Assembly: GCF_006345805.1 (NCBI RefSeq)
Contig: NC_042997.1
Span: forward strand, 141,050,001 to 141,114,000
DNA: 64,000 nucleotides
DNA from: Octopus sinensis
Taxonomy: Eukaryota
Reading direction: 5' to 3'
Under the pieces are notes generated by a model. It worked only from the letters and a program-made list of their open reading frames with translations, searched no databases and was not told the origin of the DNA. The position numbers and the translations under genes were made by a program. Positions 62,831-64,000 of this stretch are shown here, piece by piece (the stretch's first letter is position 1; every line of letters begins with the position of its first letter).

Positions 62831-64000
62831 CTAACCAATACCTACAGTCGTTTCTTCTCAGAACGTTGTTCCTCTAGAATATCTCTTCCTGTTTACATAT
62901 TATTTGTAGGTGAGATAGTTCAAATGAAATATTAACATCAGCCTCAACGGTCACACAGGACCTGTGGAATCCATGGGCGTTACCTTACTCAAGACACAGG
63001 AAGTAAAAAAATTACACTTAAAAGCTTACTGCAAGATTATGGCTATTAGAAGGTAAGGCGAGCTGGTATCCCAGCACCCATTGTCCATGTATATATGCGA
63101 CCTTATGTACATATGTGTCATTCTGTACTGTTTGTATATGTGTGTTACTATCTGTCGATATTTTCTAGGAAACAGCCTCATTCATATGTATCTATAGGCT
63201 GTCTCAAAAAAAGTGACTGTTGGCCGAGATTATGTATTATATATATTCCTTTATATGTTTGTTCCAGTCCTTGTTACTTGCGTTCAAATTCATTATGAAA
63301 CACCCTGTATGTGTACAGATCTGAATGCGAATATTGCTATCGACAAGCTGTTTGCTGTAGTCGATGGCACGACCAGCGTAAAATCTTTCCCGACTTGAAA
63401 CCAATCAATATTTATTCCCTTCCTTCTCTTTCTCATTCTCCTTATTTACTTCTTTTTCTCTCTCGCATACCCAACCCCAGCTTCATCCACTTTCCAATCC
63501 TCACCTTAACACTCTTTCCCCGCTCCCTGTCTCCGATTGCTTCGCACGACTCATGTACAACAACTAAATTTTTGTATTTACTTCCCGTTATTCAATGCTG
63601 TTTCTAAGCTCATAGGGGCTAAATACAAAAGAAAATCTTATTCGCTACCGAACAAGATTTTAGCGGAAACGTCAGAATCTTTTAAGAAACGTAATGTTTT
63701 ACCAATAAATACAAATATTGCCGATGCAAACATCCACTACTCTCTCTGGATTTTGTTTTCCTTACCCATCTACAAACACACAAACTCACATTCGTATATA
63801 TAGAACTGCTTTAAAACATACATTGAAGATACAACTACGTTCTAGTCTTAAGGCTTTGATTGGGATTTTTTTTCATATTCTCGTATGCAATCCTTACAGT
63901 TGCTTTTAAAGTAATAAGTTCCTAAATCCACAGTAATTCTCAATGTAGTTACAGTTCCACGAACTCATCATCAGGATTCAAAGCAATATAAGTGTCTATA

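Noticed and set aside
63935-63980. Minus-strand CTGATGA followed by a 5-bp hairpin
   Set aside because: No GAAA, and no stem I/III could be formed.

Overview
Eukaryotic, AT-rich, repeat-saturated DNA with no confidently identifiable host protein-coding gene. The SINE repertoire and very dense (TA)n/(CA)n/(GATA)n microsatellites suggest an octopod cephalopod intron or intergenic region (inference, not verified). Contents: (1) a near full-length CR1/L2-group LINE on the minus strand (~2749-7450). Its decayed ORF1, which the ORF track does not show, reconstructs as Myb/SANT-like domain + polyQ + S/T/P-rich linker + two CCCH zinc fingers, running in frame into an N-terminally truncated AP endonuclease, then RT with a FADD>FAND change. 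(2) A Tc1 DD34E element with ~224-bp IR/DR TIRs whose transposase is interrupted by a young 264-bp copy of nearby DNA. (3) A Tc4/m44-like DNA transposon, a deleted mariner, a decayed autonomous Helitron with ~23-aa N-terminal repeats and a non-autonomous Helitron. (4) Penelope fragments and several hammerhead-ribozyme-like motifs, one with an intact catalytic core at 44961-45060 (-). (5) MITEs (piggyBac-like, hAT-like, and a GG...CC pair with 8-bp TSDs carrying telomeric CCCTAA). (6) About 30 tRNA-derived SINE copies from at least three families, old RTE and Jockey-like LINE scraps, and several long hairpins including a pre-miRNA-sized one at 8888-8960. All calls come from reading the sequence by eye; family names rely on recalled motifs and need database confirmation.
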